Assembly (NCBI GenBank): GCA_963668695.2
Contig: CAXXLQ010000004.1
Location: 2,875,187 to 2,939,186 of the forward strand
Length of the DNA stretch: 64,000 nucleotides
Source of the DNA: Vicinamibacteria bacterium
GTDB taxonomy: Bacteria > Acidobacteriota > Vicinamibacteria > Marinacidobacterales > Marinacidobacteraceae
Reading direction: 5' to 3'
A program made the position numbers and the translations under genes. Shown here piece by piece: positions 47,551 through 58,156 of this stretch (positions within the stretch are counted from its first letter, which is position 1; every line of letters begins with the position of its first letter). The notes under the pieces were generated by a model. It was not told the DNA's origin. It made no database searches and saw only the letters and a program-made list of their open reading frames with translations.

Positions 47551-49361
47551 GATATCCGACGAAGCGCTCGGGATCGCTGCTGCGGTCCGGTTTCGCGCTC
47601 TGGGTCCTCGTGGGCCCGGGCGCGCACCCGGCTTCCGCAGCTGGCGCCCGAACGACGCAGGTTCTGGTCGCCGCATCTCAACCGGCGGTAACCGGGTTAC
47701 AGGTTCATCCGGGGGAGGGCGAAACCAGTCTCCGGTTCCTCACCAACGGGAAGTTGCATGCGCCTGCCGCAGTGCGGTTGCAGGACCGATTCCAGGTGCT
47801 GATGCCGGGGGTGGATCTTTCGGCGGTGGTTGGATCCTGGGGCATTGGAACGCCCGAGATCCTTGAGGTGCGGGTATCCGCGGACGAGACGGAGGGCATC
47901 ACCGTGGAGGCGGCTCCCGGGGTTGTCTGCGACCCTTCGCTCTTCGAAGGCGGCCTTGAGATTTCGTGCCTTGCGCCGCCCTCGGAGAGTGAGGAGGGCG
48001 GCGCCGATGGCGAGACCCCCCGCGGGGTGGCGGGCGCCGGGGAACCGCGGGTCAGTCTCGATTTTCGGGACGCGGATCTCCGGGACGTGCTCCGCGTGCT
48101 GAGCGAGGTCAGCGGACTCGATTTCGTCCTGCAACCCGGGGTGTCGGGCCGGGTCTCGGTCCGGCTGACCGAGATTCCGTGGGACCGGGCGCTGGAGCTG
48201 ATCCTCCGCTCGCAGCGCCTCGGACACGTCCTTGAAGGGGGCGTTCTGCGCGTGGGCCCGTCAGCCGAACTTGCGGCCGAACATACGGAACGGCGGCGGC
48301 AGGAGGAACAGCGCGAGCTTGCCGGCGAGCTGATGACCTTCACTCGCAACCTGGCGTACGTGCGCCCGGAAGAGGTCAAGGAACTGCTCGAAAGCCGGTT
48401 GAGCGAGAGAGGGTCGCTCATCGCCGACCAGCGCACGGGGACCGTCCTGGTGGCGGACGTGGAGAGTCGGGTTCGCGAGATCGAATCGGTGCTGGACGTG
48501 CTCGACATCCCGGTTCCCGGGGTGGAGATCGAAGCGCGCATCGTCCTGGCGACCCGGACGCTTACCAGAAGACTCGGAATCCAGTGGGGCGGGGGCCTCC
48601 TGCGCGAACAGACCGGCAAGAAACTGCCCCAGTCCTTTCGAATCGGTGCGGACGCGATCGGAGGAGCCACCTCATCGTTCTCCACGGGTAGCCCGGCCGG
48701 TGGCGTGTTGCCCGCCGCGAACGCTGACGGCGGGCGCCCGGGCTACGGCGTGAATCTCCCCATCAGTGGCGCCCCCACCGGAGCGCTGGGCCTGGCGCTG
48801 GGTGCGCTCGGGGGCGCGGCCCATCTCGACCTGGCGCTGACCGCCGCCGAGCGGAAAGGCGAAGTGAGGATCCTTTCGGCGCCGAGGATCGTCGCGCAGA
48901 ACGGCTGGCCCGCGACAATCAAGCAGGGAGTGACTTTTCCGGTTCAGGTGGTGGCCAACAACACAGTTACCGTGCAGTTCCGGGATGCGGTCCTGGAACT
49001 CACGGTAACCCCACAGGTGAGTCCCGGGGGCACGGTCCTCCTGGATCTCACCGTGAGCAACGACTCGCTCGATTTCGGCCAGTCTGTCGGAGGAATTCCG
49101 AGCATCCTGACCCAGAGCGCCACGACCCGGATACGGGTCGCAGATGGAGAGACGACGGTGCTCGGAGGTGTCTTCGCCACGCAGGAGGCGCAGGCTCGGG
49201 GCCGGGTACCGGGGCTGCACCGAATCCCGCTGCTGGGGCACCTGTTCCGATCGCGGGAGGAGAACCACCGCGATGAAGAACTGCTCATCTTCCTCACACC
49301 GAGAATTCGGTTCGTTGAGCGTGCCCGTTTGCCTGGCGCCGCCCCTCCGTCTCAGGGGTGA
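47547..49361 (+). CDS. pilQ: type IV pilus secretin PilQ
   Basis: N0-like VSLDFRDADLRDVLRVLSEVSGLDFVL. Secretin C-domain TTVLGGVFATQE..RVPGLHRIPLLGHLFRS. Confidence 0.9.
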   Translation: MRYPTKRSGSLLRSGFALWVLVGPGAHPASAAGARTTQVLVAASQPAVTGLQVHPGEGETSLRFLTNGKLHAPAAVRLQDRFQVLMPGVDLSAVVGSWGIGTPEILEVRVSADETEGITVEAAPGVVCDPSLFEGGLEISCLAPPSESEEGGADGETPRGVAGAGEPRVSLDFRDADLRDVLRVLSEVSGLDFVLQPGVSGRVSVRLTEIPWDRALELILRSQRLGHVLEGGVLRVGPSAELAAEHTERRRQEEQRELAGELMTFTRNLAYVRPEEVKELLESRLSERGSLIADQRTGTVLVADVESRVREIESVLDVLDIPVPGVEIEARIVLATRTLTRRLGIQWGGGLLREQTGKKLPQSFRIGADAIGGATSSFSTGSPAGGVLPAANADGGRPGYGVNLPISGAPTGALGLALGALGGAAHLDLALTAAERKGEVRILSAPRIVAQNGWPATIKQGVTFPVQVVANNTVTVQFRDAVLELTVTPQVSPGGTVLLDLTVSNDSLDFGQSVGGIPSILTQSATTRIRVADGETTVLGGVFATQEAQARGRVPGLHRIPLLGHLFRSREENHRDEELLIFLTPRIRFVERARLPGAAPPSQG

Positions 49362-49454
49362 ATTGGCGGCCCGCTGACCGGTCGGATTCGGGGAATCGCG
49401 CCCGCCCCTTGTGGTAGCGTTCCGGCCGTTGCGGGCCAAGCCCCGCTGCCACTC

Positions 49455-49922
49455 GTGCCCGCATCTTCGTCCAAAGAGCCGAACCTCGCCGACCTTCTGG
49501 AGGCTTTGGATCAGCTTGCCGGAACGGAATTCCACGAGGTGGATCTCCGCGTCGGAGGCGCCCGCCTGCGCGTCGCGCGGGGGCCGACCACAACCGCCGC
49601 CGGAGCGGTACTACCGGCTGCGGTTCCCATGGCCCCGGCGGCCGGCGCCGACGACGGAGCGGCGGACGCGGCGGCATCCGGACTCAAGGCGATCATTGCT
49701 CCCATGGTCGGGACGTTCTACCGTCGTCCCAGGCCCGACGCGGAGCCGTTCGTCAGTGTCGGAGATCGGGTCCGGAAGGGCCAGGTCCTGTGCGTCATCG
49801 AAGCCATGAAGCTGATGAACAACATCGAGGCTGACGGCAGCGGCGAGGTTGTGGAGATCTTCCCGGAAGATGCCTCACCGGTGCAGTACGGAGACCGGCT
49901 CTTTGTGATCCGGCCCGCCTGA
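49455..49922 (+). CDS. accB: acetyl-CoA carboxylase biotin carboxyl carrier protein
   Basis: IIAPMVGTFYRRP and the biotinylation motif CVIEAMKLMNNIEA. Confidence 0.9.
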   Translation: MPASSSKEPNLADLLEALDQLAGTEFHEVDLRVGGARLRVARGPTTTAAGAVLPAAVPMAPAAGADDGAADAAASGLKAIIAPMVGTFYRRPRPDAEPFVSVGDRVRKGQVLCVIEAMKLMNNIEADGSGEVVEIFPEDASPVQYGDRLFVIRPA

Positions 49923-49926
49923 ACGG

Positions 49927-51261
49927 GTGTTCGACAAAGTCCTCGTTGCGAACCGCGGCGAGATCGCGGTCAGGATCCTCGCCGCCTGCCGGGAGCTCGG
50001 CCTGCGAACGGTGGTGGCCTACTCGGACGCGGATCGCCACTCGCTACCGGTGCGACTCGCCGATGAACGGGTGTGCATCGGCCCGGCCGCCCCGAGTGAG
50101 AGCTATCTGGATGTCCCGCGCATCCTGACGGCCGCAGAAATCTCGGGTGCCGACGCCATCCATCCCGGCTACGGATTCCTGGCCGAGAGCCACGCCTTGG
50201 CCGAGGTCTGCGAAGCCTGCCGGGTGACCTTCATCGGTCCGCTACCGGAGAGCATCCGCACCATGGGCGACAAGGCGCTGGCGCGGCGGGTCATGCGGAA
50301 GGCCGGGATTCCGATTCTTCCCGGGACCGAATCCGGGGTGTCGGGCGCGGAAGAAGCGGCGCGGATTGCCGGCGAGATCGGATATCCGGTCCTGCTGAAG
50401 GCCTCCTTTGGCGGGGGCGGGCGGGGAATGCGGATCGTCACGGCCGAATCCGAGCTGGCGCCGGCGCTGGCGTCCGCCGCCAGCGAGGCCCAGGCGGCGT
50501 TTGGGGACGCCGAGGTGTACGTCGAGCGGTACCTGCCGAGCGTGCGCCACGTCGAGGTCCAGGTCTTCGCTGACGCACACGGCGCCACCGTGCATCTGGG
50601 CGAGCGTGACTGTTCCGTGCAGCGTCGGCATCAGAAGCTCCTAGAGGAAGCTCCGGCGCCGGGCCTGACCGAAACCACCCGGAAGAAGCTCGGGGAAGCC
50701 GCGGTAAAGGCGGCGGAAGCGGTGCGTTATCGAAACGCGGGAACGGTCGAGTTCCTGATGGATCCTGACGGGAACTTCTTTTTCAGCGAAATGAATGTGC
50801 GCATTCAGGTAGAGCACCCGGTAACCGAAATGGTGACCGGACTGGACTTGGTGCGAGAGCAAATTCGGGTGGCTGCCGGCGAACCGCTTTCCTTCTCGCA
50901 GGAGTCCGTCCAGGTTGCGGGGGCCTCGATCGAATGCCGCATCAACGCCGAGGATTCGGAGCGGTTCATCCCGAGCCCGGGGACCATCACTTCCTTCCAT
51001 AGTCCCGGCGGACCCGGGGTACGGGTGGACACGGCAGCGTACGCCGGGGCCGTCATCCCGCCCTACTACGATTCCCTGGTAGCCAAACTCATCGTGCACG
51101 GCGACGATCGGCCGCATGCCGTGGCGAGGATGCGGCGGGCTCTCGCGGAGATGGAGGTGGAGGGAATCCACACGACCCTGCCACTCCATCGTCGCATCAT
51201 GGAGAGCGAGGAGTTTCTCGTCGGTGGCTTCGACACCGGGTTCATCGGACGTCTCCGCTGA
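49927..51261 (+). CDS. accC: acetyl-CoA carboxylase biotin carboxylase subunit
   Basis: FDKVLVANRGEIAVRI, GYPVLLKASFGGGGRGMR, EMNVRIQVEHPVTE. Confidence 0.95.
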   Translation: MFDKVLVANRGEIAVRILAACRELGLRTVVAYSDADRHSLPVRLADERVCIGPAAPSESYLDVPRILTAAEISGADAIHPGYGFLAESHALAEVCEACRVTFIGPLPESIRTMGDKALARRVMRKAGIPILPGTESGVSGAEEAARIAGEIGYPVLLKASFGGGGRGMRIVTAESELAPALASAASEAQAAFGDAEVYVERYLPSVRHVEVQVFADAHGATVHLGERDCSVQRRHQKLLEEAPAPGLTETTRKKLGEAAVKAAEAVRYRNAGTVEFLMDPDGNFFFSEMNVRIQVEHPVTEMVTGLDLVREQIRVAAGEPLSFSQESVQVAGASIECRINAEDSERFIPSPGTITSFHSPGGPGVRVDTAAYAGAVIPPYYDSLVAKLIVHGDDRPHAVARMRRALAEMEVEGIHTTLPLHRRIMESEEFLVGGFDTGFIGRLR

Positions 51262-52003
51262 TCGGGGCGCGAGCGGGACCTACCCAAGGGCGGGGTCCTG
51301 GTGTTCCCGGGCTTTCTTCGCGGCAAGCCCCGTCTATCCCATCGTGGACGCGAGCCTCTTCGGTGACGGAGATCCTGGCCCGGTTCTCCGGGCGCTCGGG
51401 GCCGCCGGGATCAGACTGGTTCAACTTCGGGGCAAGGGGATGCCGAGCGGAGCCTTCGTGTCCTGGGTATCAGCCGGAGTTCGCGCTGCTTCCGCGCGTG
51501 GGGTCCGGGTGCTGGTGAACGACCGTGCCGACGTCGCTCTGTTGACCGGTGCCGACGGAGTCCACCTCGGGCAGCACGATCTCTCCGCGAGGGCGGCCCG
51601 GAGGCTGCTGGGAGCCCGTGCCGTCATAGGCCTTTCCACCCACAATCGGGAGGAAATGCGCGCCGCCCGGCGCGAACCCGTCGACTATCTTGCCGTGGGA
51701 CCGGTGTTCGAAACCCCGACGAAAGCTGATTCCGCTCCCGTGGTTTCGCTGAAGGGCGTTCGGCAGGCACGGCGCCGCTACGAGGGACCGCTGGTTGCGA
51801 TCGGCGGGATCAGTCAGTCCCGGATACGCGCGGTGCTTGCCGCGGGAGCCGACGCGGCCGCGGTGATCTCGGCAGTGTCCGGTTCCTCGCCCCGGGAAAT
51901 CGCCGCTAGGGCGCGAGCGCTGCTGGCCGCGGCCGCAGGCGAGCCTCCGCGAGCGGGACCGGGCCGCGTGACTTTGTCCACAGGCTGCCAAGGAGAGTAT
52001 TGA
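51224..52003 (+). CDS. thiE: thiamine-phosphate synthase
   Basis: YPIVD, VQLRGK, VNDRADVALLTGADGVHLGQHDL, AVGPVFETPTK, AIGGI. No canonical start lies between the accC stop and the conserved YPIVD, so GTG 51224 (38-nt overlap with accC) is a guess. GTG 51354 is the alternative. Confidence 0.75.
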   Translation: MASTPGSSDVSADRGASGTYPRAGSWCSRAFFAASPVYPIVDASLFGDGDPGPVLRALGAAGIRLVQLRGKGMPSGAFVSWVSAGVRAASARGVRVLVNDRADVALLTGADGVHLGQHDLSARAARRLLGARAVIGLSTHNREEMRAARREPVDYLAVGPVFETPTKADSAPVVSLKGVRQARRRYEGPLVAIGGISQSRIRAVLAAGADAAAVISAVSGSSPREIAARARALLAAAAGEPPRAGPGRVTLSTGCQGEY

Positions 52004-52929
52004 TGTCGGGAAGAATCCTGGATGGGAAGAGAATCGGTGCCGCGATTCGCGCCGATGCCGCCGAGGCGGCTCGGGAGTTTGCGCGTGGCGGTCGCCTCCC
52101 CGGGCTGGCGGTGGTGCTCGTGGGAGACGATCCTGCCTCCGCGATCTATGTGCGGGGAAAGATCAAGGCGTCGCGGGAGGTGGGGATCATCTCGGAGACT
52201 CATCGTCTGCCGGCGACGACGAAGGCGCCGGAACTGGCCGGACTGCTGGAGCGGCTGAACCAGGACGAATCGGTGGACGCGATCCTGCTTCAGCTCCCTT
52301 TGCCGGGGGGGCTCGATGCGTCGGAGTTCCTGGCCCGGATTCGTCCGGACAAGGATGTCGACGGTTTTCATCCCGAAAACGTGGGCCGGCTGGTGGCCAA
52401 CCTCCCCGGCCCGAGCCCCTGTACCCCCGCGGGAATCATGGAGATGTTCCGCCGCGAAGGGATCGAGGTGCGTGGCTCCCGGGCGGTAGTGGTCGGGCGG
52501 AGCGACATCGTGGGCAAGCCCCTGGCGCTCCTGCTGCTGCATCAACACGCCACCGTTACGGTTTGCCACTCGCGGACGCGGGACCTCCCCGCGGTGTGCC
52601 GGGAGGCGGACATCCTCTGCACGGCGATCGGCCGGCCGGCGATGATTGGGGCGGACGCCATCCGCGAAGGTGCGGTCGTGGTGGACGTGGGGATGAACCG
52701 CGCCACTACCGAGGATGAGGTGCGCGATTTCTTTGGAGACGATGACAAGCGGCTGGCCCGCTTCCGGAGGAACGGGTACACCCTGGTCGGTGATGTCCAT
52801 CCGGTGGCGATGCGGGAACGGTCTTCCGCCTACACCCCGGTTCCCGGTGGAGTCGGACCACTCACCATCGCAATGCTGCTGGCAAACACCGTCGCTCTTG
52901 CCGCCGCCCGCCGGGCATCTTGCCCTTAA
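52003..52929 (+). CDS. folD: bifunctional methylene-THF dehydrogenase/cyclohydrolase
   Basis: ILDGK, VLVGDDPASAIYVRGK, DKDVDGFHPENVG, TPVPGGVGP. Confidence 0.93.
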   Translation: MSGRILDGKRIGAAIRADAAEAAREFARGGRLPGLAVVLVGDDPASAIYVRGKIKASREVGIISETHRLPATTKAPELAGLLERLNQDESVDAILLQLPLPGGLDASEFLARIRPDKDVDGFHPENVGRLVANLPGPSPCTPAGIMEMFRREGIEVRGSRAVVVGRSDIVGKPLALLLLHQHATVTVCHSRTRDLPAVCREADILCTAIGRPAMIGADAIREGAVVVDVGMNRATTEDEVRDFFGDDDKRLARFRRNGYTLVGDVHPVAMRERSSAYTPVPGGVGPLTIAMLLANTVALAAARRASCP

Positions 52930-52935
52930 CAGCCT

Positions 52936-53544
52936 GTGCTTCGGATCGGTCTCACTGGCGGGATCGCCTCCGGGAAAACGACGGTACGCCGGGTTTTCGA
53001 GCGCACCGGCATCCCCATGCTCGATGCGGACGCGCTGACGCACGAGTTCTTTCTTCCTGGCGGCGAACTGGTGGAAGCGATTGCGAGCCACTTTGGTCCC
53101 GACGTGATCGCCCCGGGGGGCGGCATCGAAAGAAAGATTCTGGGGGCTCGAGTCTTTGCCAACCCCGCGGAGCGGGGATGGCTGAACAACGTGGTGCATC
53201 CGCGGATCTGGGAGCGGATCGGCGCTTTTCTGGATGAGTGCGAACGGCGGGGAAGAGGGGTCGCCGGCATCGAGGCCGCGCTCATGGTGGAGACCGGTAG
53301 CGCGGCGAACTACGACCGGATCGTCGTTGTCGTCTGCCGTCCGGAACAGCAGTTCGAGCGCCTCACGGCCCGCTCCGGGATGAGCCCGGAAGAGGCTCGT
53401 CTGCGTCTCGCCGCCCAGATGGATCCCGTAGAGAAAGCAGGGCAGGCCGATGACCTGGTGGATGCGTCCGGAACCCTGGAGGAGACCGAAGCAGCGGCCG
53501 GAGCGCTCGCCCACGCACTCCTCGCGCGCGCTGCGGGGGCGTGA
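52936..53544 (+). CDS. coaE: dephospho-CoA kinase
   Basis: RIGLTGGIASGKTTV P-loop at the N-terminus. Length ~200 aa. Confidence 0.88.
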   Translation: MLRIGLTGGIASGKTTVRRVFERTGIPMLDADALTHEFFLPGGELVEAIASHFGPDVIAPGGGIERKILGARVFANPAERGWLNNVVHPRIWERIGAFLDECERRGRGVAGIEAALMVETGSAANYDRIVVVVCRPEQQFERLTARSGMSPEEARLRLAAQMDPVEKAGQADDLVDASGTLEETEAAAGALAHALLARAAGA

Positions 53545-53561
53545 CCGCCCGCGGGGCCAGC

Positions 53562-54075
53562 TAGCAGCCGGTGGTGAAACCCACGCGGCCCAGTTCTCCC
53601 GGTGGGGGCTCGGCCGGCGATCCATCCCGGCCAAACAGCCGGTGGTGGAACCCACGCGGCGTTCGGCCGGCGATCCATCCCAGCCAAACAGCCGGTGGTG
53701 GAACCCACGCGGCGTTCGGCCGGCGATCCATCCCAGCTGAACCGCGTCGCTTCGCGCCGCTCATCGTTGCGTTTCGGTCGGAAAACACCCGGGCCAGTTC
53801 TCCCGGTGGGGGCTCCTCCCTCACGCGCCTTGTCAGCCGGGCGCCTCGCCCCCACCGGGAGGACTGGCCAACCTCGGCGCTCACGTGGGTTCCACCACCG
53901 GCTGTTCACCACTCCGCTTCGCTGCGTTTTGCGTTGCGTTTCGGCCGGAAAACACCCGGGCCAGTTCTCCCGGTGGGGGCTCCTCCCTCACGCGCCTTGT
54001 CAGCCGGGCGCCTCGCCCCCACCGGGAGAACTGGCCGCTCTCGGCGCTCACCCGGGTTCCACCACCGGCTGCTAA
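53562..54075. repeat. Mosaic MITE/REP-like element locus R6 (three sub-modules plus two core copies with nested inserts)
   Basis: Starts TAGCAGCCGGTGGTGAAACCC, with repeated CAGCCGGTGGTGGAACCCACGCGGCGTTCGGCCGGCGATCCATCCC units. Two cores are interrupted by CCGGGCCAGTTCTCCCGGTGGGGGCTCC. Ends ..CCACCACCGGCTGCTAA. Confidence 0.88.
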
Positions 54076-54674
54076 CCCCAGAAGCGGAACAGGGCGTCGT
54101 CGAGCAGTCCCCGAGCGTCGAGGATCCGTTCGATGATCTGCCGAACGGCGCCCCGGCCACCCGGAGCGTCAGCGACGAAGTGGACGCATTCCAGCACCGC
54201 CGGGTGGGCGTCGGCCGGTGCGGCGGCAAACCCTGCCCTCCGGAGGGCAGGTAAGTCCTGAACGTCATCACCCACAAAGGCAACCTGCTCCGGCGTCAGG
54301 CCGAAAGCGACGCACGCTTCCTCAAAGGCCCGGCCCTTGTCGAAGCAGCCTTCCCGGAGGAAATCCAGAGACAGCTCGGCGGCGCGCCCCCTGACGACAC
54401 CGGAGCGGCGCCCGGTCACGAAACCGAGACGTAGTCCGCTCTTCTTGGCCATCACGAGCCCCAGCCCGTCGCGGGAATGGAATCGCTTGCGCTCCGGAAC
54501 CCCGGCGTCCTCGTCGCCCGGCTCGAAGGTCCCGTCGGTCAGCACGCCGTCCACGTCAAGCAGCACCGCTTTGATGGCCGCCGCCCGCCGCGCCACCGGA
54601 TCGTTTCCAGGAGGCGCGTTGGCCGTGGCGACGGGCTGAGAGGGGTCGGTTCGGCCGGAGTGCGTCCTGGGCAC
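54072..54674 (-). CDS. kdsC: HAD-IIIA phosphatase, KdsC-like (KDO-8-phosphate phosphatase)
   Basis: AVLLDVDGVLTDG, GFVTGRRS, and AFVGDDVQDLPAL. The TAG stop is formed by the terminal TTAGCAGCC of repeat R6. Confidence 0.7.
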   Translation of the reverse strand: MPRTHSGRTDPSQPVATANAPPGNDPVARRAAAIKAVLLDVDGVLTDGTFEPGDEDAGVPERKRFHSRDGLGLVMAKKSGLRLGFVTGRRSGVVRGRAAELSLDFLREGCFDKGRAFEEACVAFGLTPEQVAFVGDDVQDLPALRRAGFAAAPADAHPAVLECVHFVADAPGGRGAVRQIIERILDARGLLDDALFRFWG

Positions 54675-54688
54675 CGAAGCTCGGCCGG

Positions 54689-56389
54689 TCAGCCGATGGC
54701 GGCGGCGGCCGCGACTACCGGCAGGTCTTTCGCTACCCGCTGTTCCCGGTTCCGCAGGGCGGCTCCGATGAAATCGCTGAAAAGCGGATGCGGACGGAGC
54801 GGGTTCGACTGGAACTCCGGATGGAACTGAACCGCGAGGAACCAGGGATGGTCGGGAATTTCGGCGATTTCGTAGAACCCGTCCTCCGTGAGGCCGGTGA
54901 ACTTCATCCCTCGGGATTCGACGAGGTCCGTGTAGCCGCGCTCGAATTCGTAACGGTGCCGGTGGCGCTCACTGATGCGGGTTGCGCCATAGGCTCGCGC
55001 CGCCAGCGAACCCTCCCGCAGGATGCAGGTTGCCGCGCCCACCCGCATCGTCCCGCCCATCTGCTCGACGCCTTCGAGACCGCGCAACAACTGGAAGACC
55101 TGATGCTCCGCGTCCGGATCGAGTTCCTGGGTGCTCGCCCCGGCGAGTCCGCATTCGGAGCGCGCGAACTCCACCACCGCCCACTGGAACCCGTAACAGA
55201 TTCCGAAAAACGGAACCCCCTCGATTCGGGCTCTGCCGGCGGCCGCCGCCATCCCCTCGGTTCCTCGAGAGCCGAATCCCCCGGGCACGAGGACGCCGTC
55301 GCAGTTATCCAGCGAGGAAAGATCGCCGTTCTGGAGGCTCTCGGCTTCCACCCAGCGGATTTCCACCCGGGCGGCATGCGGGACTCCTCCGTGCACCAGG
55401 GCTTCGCTGAGGCTCTTGTACGAGTCCGCGAGTTCGACGTACTTGCCCACCACCCCGATCCGGACATCTCGCGTCCCCGCCCCGAGACGCTCCACCAGAT
55501 CTTTCCAATCGGTCAGCTCCCGTGCCCGCGAAGGGAGGCGGAAATGTTCGAGGACGCGGCTGTCCACCCCCTCGGCCGCCAGGTTCAGGGGGACTTCGTA
55601 CACGGAGCCTGCGTCCACGGCGGTAAAGACGGCGTCGCGCGCGACCGAGGTGTGCAAAGCGATCTTGGCCTTTACGTCGGCGGGCAGCCTCTCTGCGGCG
55701 CGGCACAGGAGTACATCGGGTTGGATCCCGATCGCCCGTAGTTCGCGGACACTGTGCTGGGTGGGCTTGGTCTTGTACTCGCCGGCCGTCGCGATCATCG
55801 GGACGAGAGTCAGATGCAGAAAGCAGACCCGAGTCGGACCCGCGTCCAGCCGGAACTGGCGGGCCGCTTCCAGAAAGGGTTGTCCCTCGATGTCACCCAC
55901 CGTGCCGCCGATCTCGATGATGACAACGTCGGCCCCGTCGTCGGCGACCGCAATCACCCGGCGCTTGATTTCGTCGGTGACGTGGGGAATTACCTGCACG
56001 GTGGCTCCCAAATAGCCGCCTTGCCGCTCGCGCTCGATAACGGTCTCGTAGATCTGGCCGCTCGTGACGTTCGAAAGCGCCGAGAAGGCGCTGCCGGTGA
56101 ATCGCTCGTAGTGGCCTACGTCAAGATCCGTTTCGGCGCCGTCGTGGGTCACGAAGACCTCGCCGTGCTGGTACGGGCTCATGGTGCCCGGGTCCACGTT
56201 CAGGTACGGGTCGAACTTGAGGAAAGTGACCGAGTACCCCTGAGATTTCAGCAGCCGTCCGATGGACGCGGATGCGATTCCCTTGCCGAGCGAAGAGATC
56301 ACCCCACCCGTAACGAAGAGAAAGCGCGTCTTGTCGGGGAAGGAGGGGAGACTCAAGGGGTATGACTCCCTTTCCCGAACGCCCGCCAT
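54689..56389 (-). CDS. pyrG: CTP synthase
   Basis: FLFVTGGVISSLGKGI, EIGGTVGDIEGQPFLEA, PFFGICYGFQ, HRHRYEF. ATG 56389 chosen because the ORF extends further upstream without homology-like sequence. Confidence 0.93.
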   Translation of the reverse strand: MAGVRERESYPLSLPSFPDKTRFLFVTGGVISSLGKGIASASIGRLLKSQGYSVTFLKFDPYLNVDPGTMSPYQHGEVFVTHDGAETDLDVGHYERFTGSAFSALSNVTSGQIYETVIERERQGGYLGATVQVIPHVTDEIKRRVIAVADDGADVVIIEIGGTVGDIEGQPFLEAARQFRLDAGPTRVCFLHLTLVPMIATAGEYKTKPTQHSVRELRAIGIQPDVLLCRAAERLPADVKAKIALHTSVARDAVFTAVDAGSVYEVPLNLAAEGVDSRVLEHFRLPSRARELTDWKDLVERLGAGTRDVRIGVVGKYVELADSYKSLSEALVHGGVPHAARVEIRWVEAESLQNGDLSSLDNCDGVLVPGGFGSRGTEGMAAAAGRARIEGVPFFGICYGFQWAVVEFARSECGLAGASTQELDPDAEHQVFQLLRGLEGVEQMGGTMRVGAATCILREGSLAARAYGATRISERHRHRYEFERGYTDLVESRGMKFTGLTEDGFYEIAEIPDHPWFLAVQFHPEFQSNPLRPHPLFSDFIGAALRNREQRVAKDLPVVAAAAAIG

Positions 56390-56621
56390 GCGGGACGTGA
56401 TTCTACCAGAACACGCCTTTCCGGCGGATGGCGCCCGGAGGGACCGTCCCAATGGGAGGGCGCGGGGGAGCGTCGGGTGCGGAGCCGTCCCGCTGTACTC
56501 CGTTGTTCGGTAGTGGTCCCGTCGGCGCGCCCAAAGCAATCGGTGGACCAGAACCCGACCCCTATTCGTCCGGCCAGAACTTTGAGAAGAAATCGCTCGC
56601 AATCTCGTCTGATGTCTTGGG

Positions 56622-57749
56622 ATGCCCGACCGACTGCCAGTATCGCCGCCCTCAGATCCATCCGGCCCCCCGGTGGGACTCGCCCGGCTCCTGAAGCACC
56701 TCGTGAGTGTCGGCGGGAGCGATCTTCACCTCAGGCCCGGAGCCGTTCCTCGCCTGCGGATCGATGGTCGGCTCATCCAGGCCGAGGGGGAACCGCTTCC
56801 CGCAGGCATGGTGGAGTCGATGGTCGCCGCCGGAATCCCGGAGCGCCACCGCGCGCTGCTCGAGCAGGGTGGTGAGGCTGACTACTCCTTCACCCTGACC
56901 GGGGTCGCCCGCTTTCGCGGCAGTGTCTTTCGCTGCCGAGGGGCGCTTGCCGCGGTCTATCGGGTGGTTGCTGACGAAGTTCCATCGCTGGATGCGCTTG
57001 GGTTGCCGGCAAGCGCGGCGAAGCTCGCCGCCCTCGGCTCCGGTCTGGTCCTCACTTCCGGTCCGGTCGGGTCGGGGAAGTCCACCACCATGGCGGCCAT
57101 CCTGGACCGGATCAACCGCACGCGCGCGGTCCATATTGTCACCGTCGAGGATCCGGTGGAAGTCATCCACCAGAATCGACGCGCCCTGGTAACGCAGCGG
57201 CAGGTCGGAAGCGACACCAACTCCTTTCACGCCGCTTTGAGGTCCGTTCTGCGCTCCGACCCGGACGTGGTGATGATTGGAGAGGTTCGCGATCGGGAGA
57301 CGGTAGACGCGGCGCTCCGGGTGAGTGAAACCGGACACCTGGCGCTCGCCACGATTCACGCCCGGTCGGCGCTCCACGCGCTGACCAGCGTCGTGGAAAT
57401 GTTCCCGGCGTCTCAACATCGCCAGGCCCGTATCCGGCTCTCCGCCTCGCTCGAGACGATCTACTGCCAGCGTCTTGTTCCACGCGCCGATGGACGCGGA
57501 CGCGTGCTTGCCGTCGAGCAACTCGCGCCCACGGCTGCGGCGCGCAACCTGATCCGCGAGGACAAGCTGCACCAGCTCTTTGCCGTCATGGATGCGGGCG
57601 CGGGGCAGGGAGCGGTGGTCTCTCTCAACGAGGCGCTGGCTTCGTTGTGCCGCCGGGGCATCGTTACCCGGAGCGACGCCCTCGCCGCATCGAACGAACC
57701 GGTGAAATTGACCGCCGCGCTCCGGTCCGCAACCAACGACCGAGGTTAG
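56622..57749 (+). CDS. pilT: type IV pilus retraction ATPase PilT
   Basis: GGSDLHL, Walker A SGPVGSGKSTT, VVMIGEVRD, LALATIHA. The TAG stop is the start of repeat R7. Alternative GTG start at 56673. Confidence 0.88.
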   Translation: MPDRLPVSPPSDPSGPPVGLARLLKHLVSVGGSDLHLRPGAVPRLRIDGRLIQAEGEPLPAGMVESMVAAGIPERHRALLEQGGEADYSFTLTGVARFRGSVFRCRGALAAVYRVVADEVPSLDALGLPASAAKLAALGSGLVLTSGPVGSGKSTTMAAILDRINRTRAVHIVTVEDPVEVIHQNRRALVTQRQVGSDTNSFHAALRSVLRSDPDVVMIGEVRDRETVDAALRVSETGHLALATIHARSALHALTSVVEMFPASQHRQARIRLSASLETIYCQRLVPRADGRGRVLAVEQLAPTAAARNLIREDKLHQLFAVMDAGAGQGAVVSLNEALASLCRRGIVTRSDALAASNEPVKLTAALRSATNDRG

Positions 57750-58124
57750 CAGCCTGTGGCAAAACCCACGCGGCCCAGTTCTCCCGGTGGGGGCTCGACC
57801 GGCGATCCATCCCGGCTGAACCACTCCGCTTCGCTGCGTTCTGCGTTGCGTTTCGGTCGAAATACACCCGGTATTCCTCCCTCACGCGCCTTGTCAGCCG
57901 GGCCCCCACCGGGAGAACTGGCCCCACCGGGAGAACTGGGCCTCACCGGCCTCGGCGCTCACCCGGGTTTCACCACAGGCTGCCAGGAGCCGGTGGACAA
58001 GGTCGCGCGGTCCGGTTCTCCCGGCGGGGGCTCGAGCGGCGATGCATCCCGACGCAAACACCCCCCACCGGGAGAACCGGACCGCACCATTCTCGGCGCT
58101 CACGCCACGTTGTCCACAGAGTCC
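57747..58124. repeat. Mosaic MITE/REP-like element locus R7 (two units)
   Basis: Unit 1 is TAGCAGCCTGTGGCAAAACCC.. core ..GGGTTTCACCACAGGCTGCC (to ~57984). Unit 2 is GGAGCCGGTGGACAAGGTCGCGCGG ... CGCCACGTTGTCCACAGAGTCC. Confidence 0.85.
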
Positions 58125-58156
58125 GGGTACCGCATGCGGCCGTTGGAGAGACTTCG

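Noticed and set aside
52922-52936. TTAACAGCCTGTG at the folD stop, resembling an element terminus
   Set aside because: Only ~13 nt match. The next bases are the coaE start (GTGCTTCGGATCGG), with no second terminus or internal module. It may be a target-like site or a footprint, but not a scorable element.
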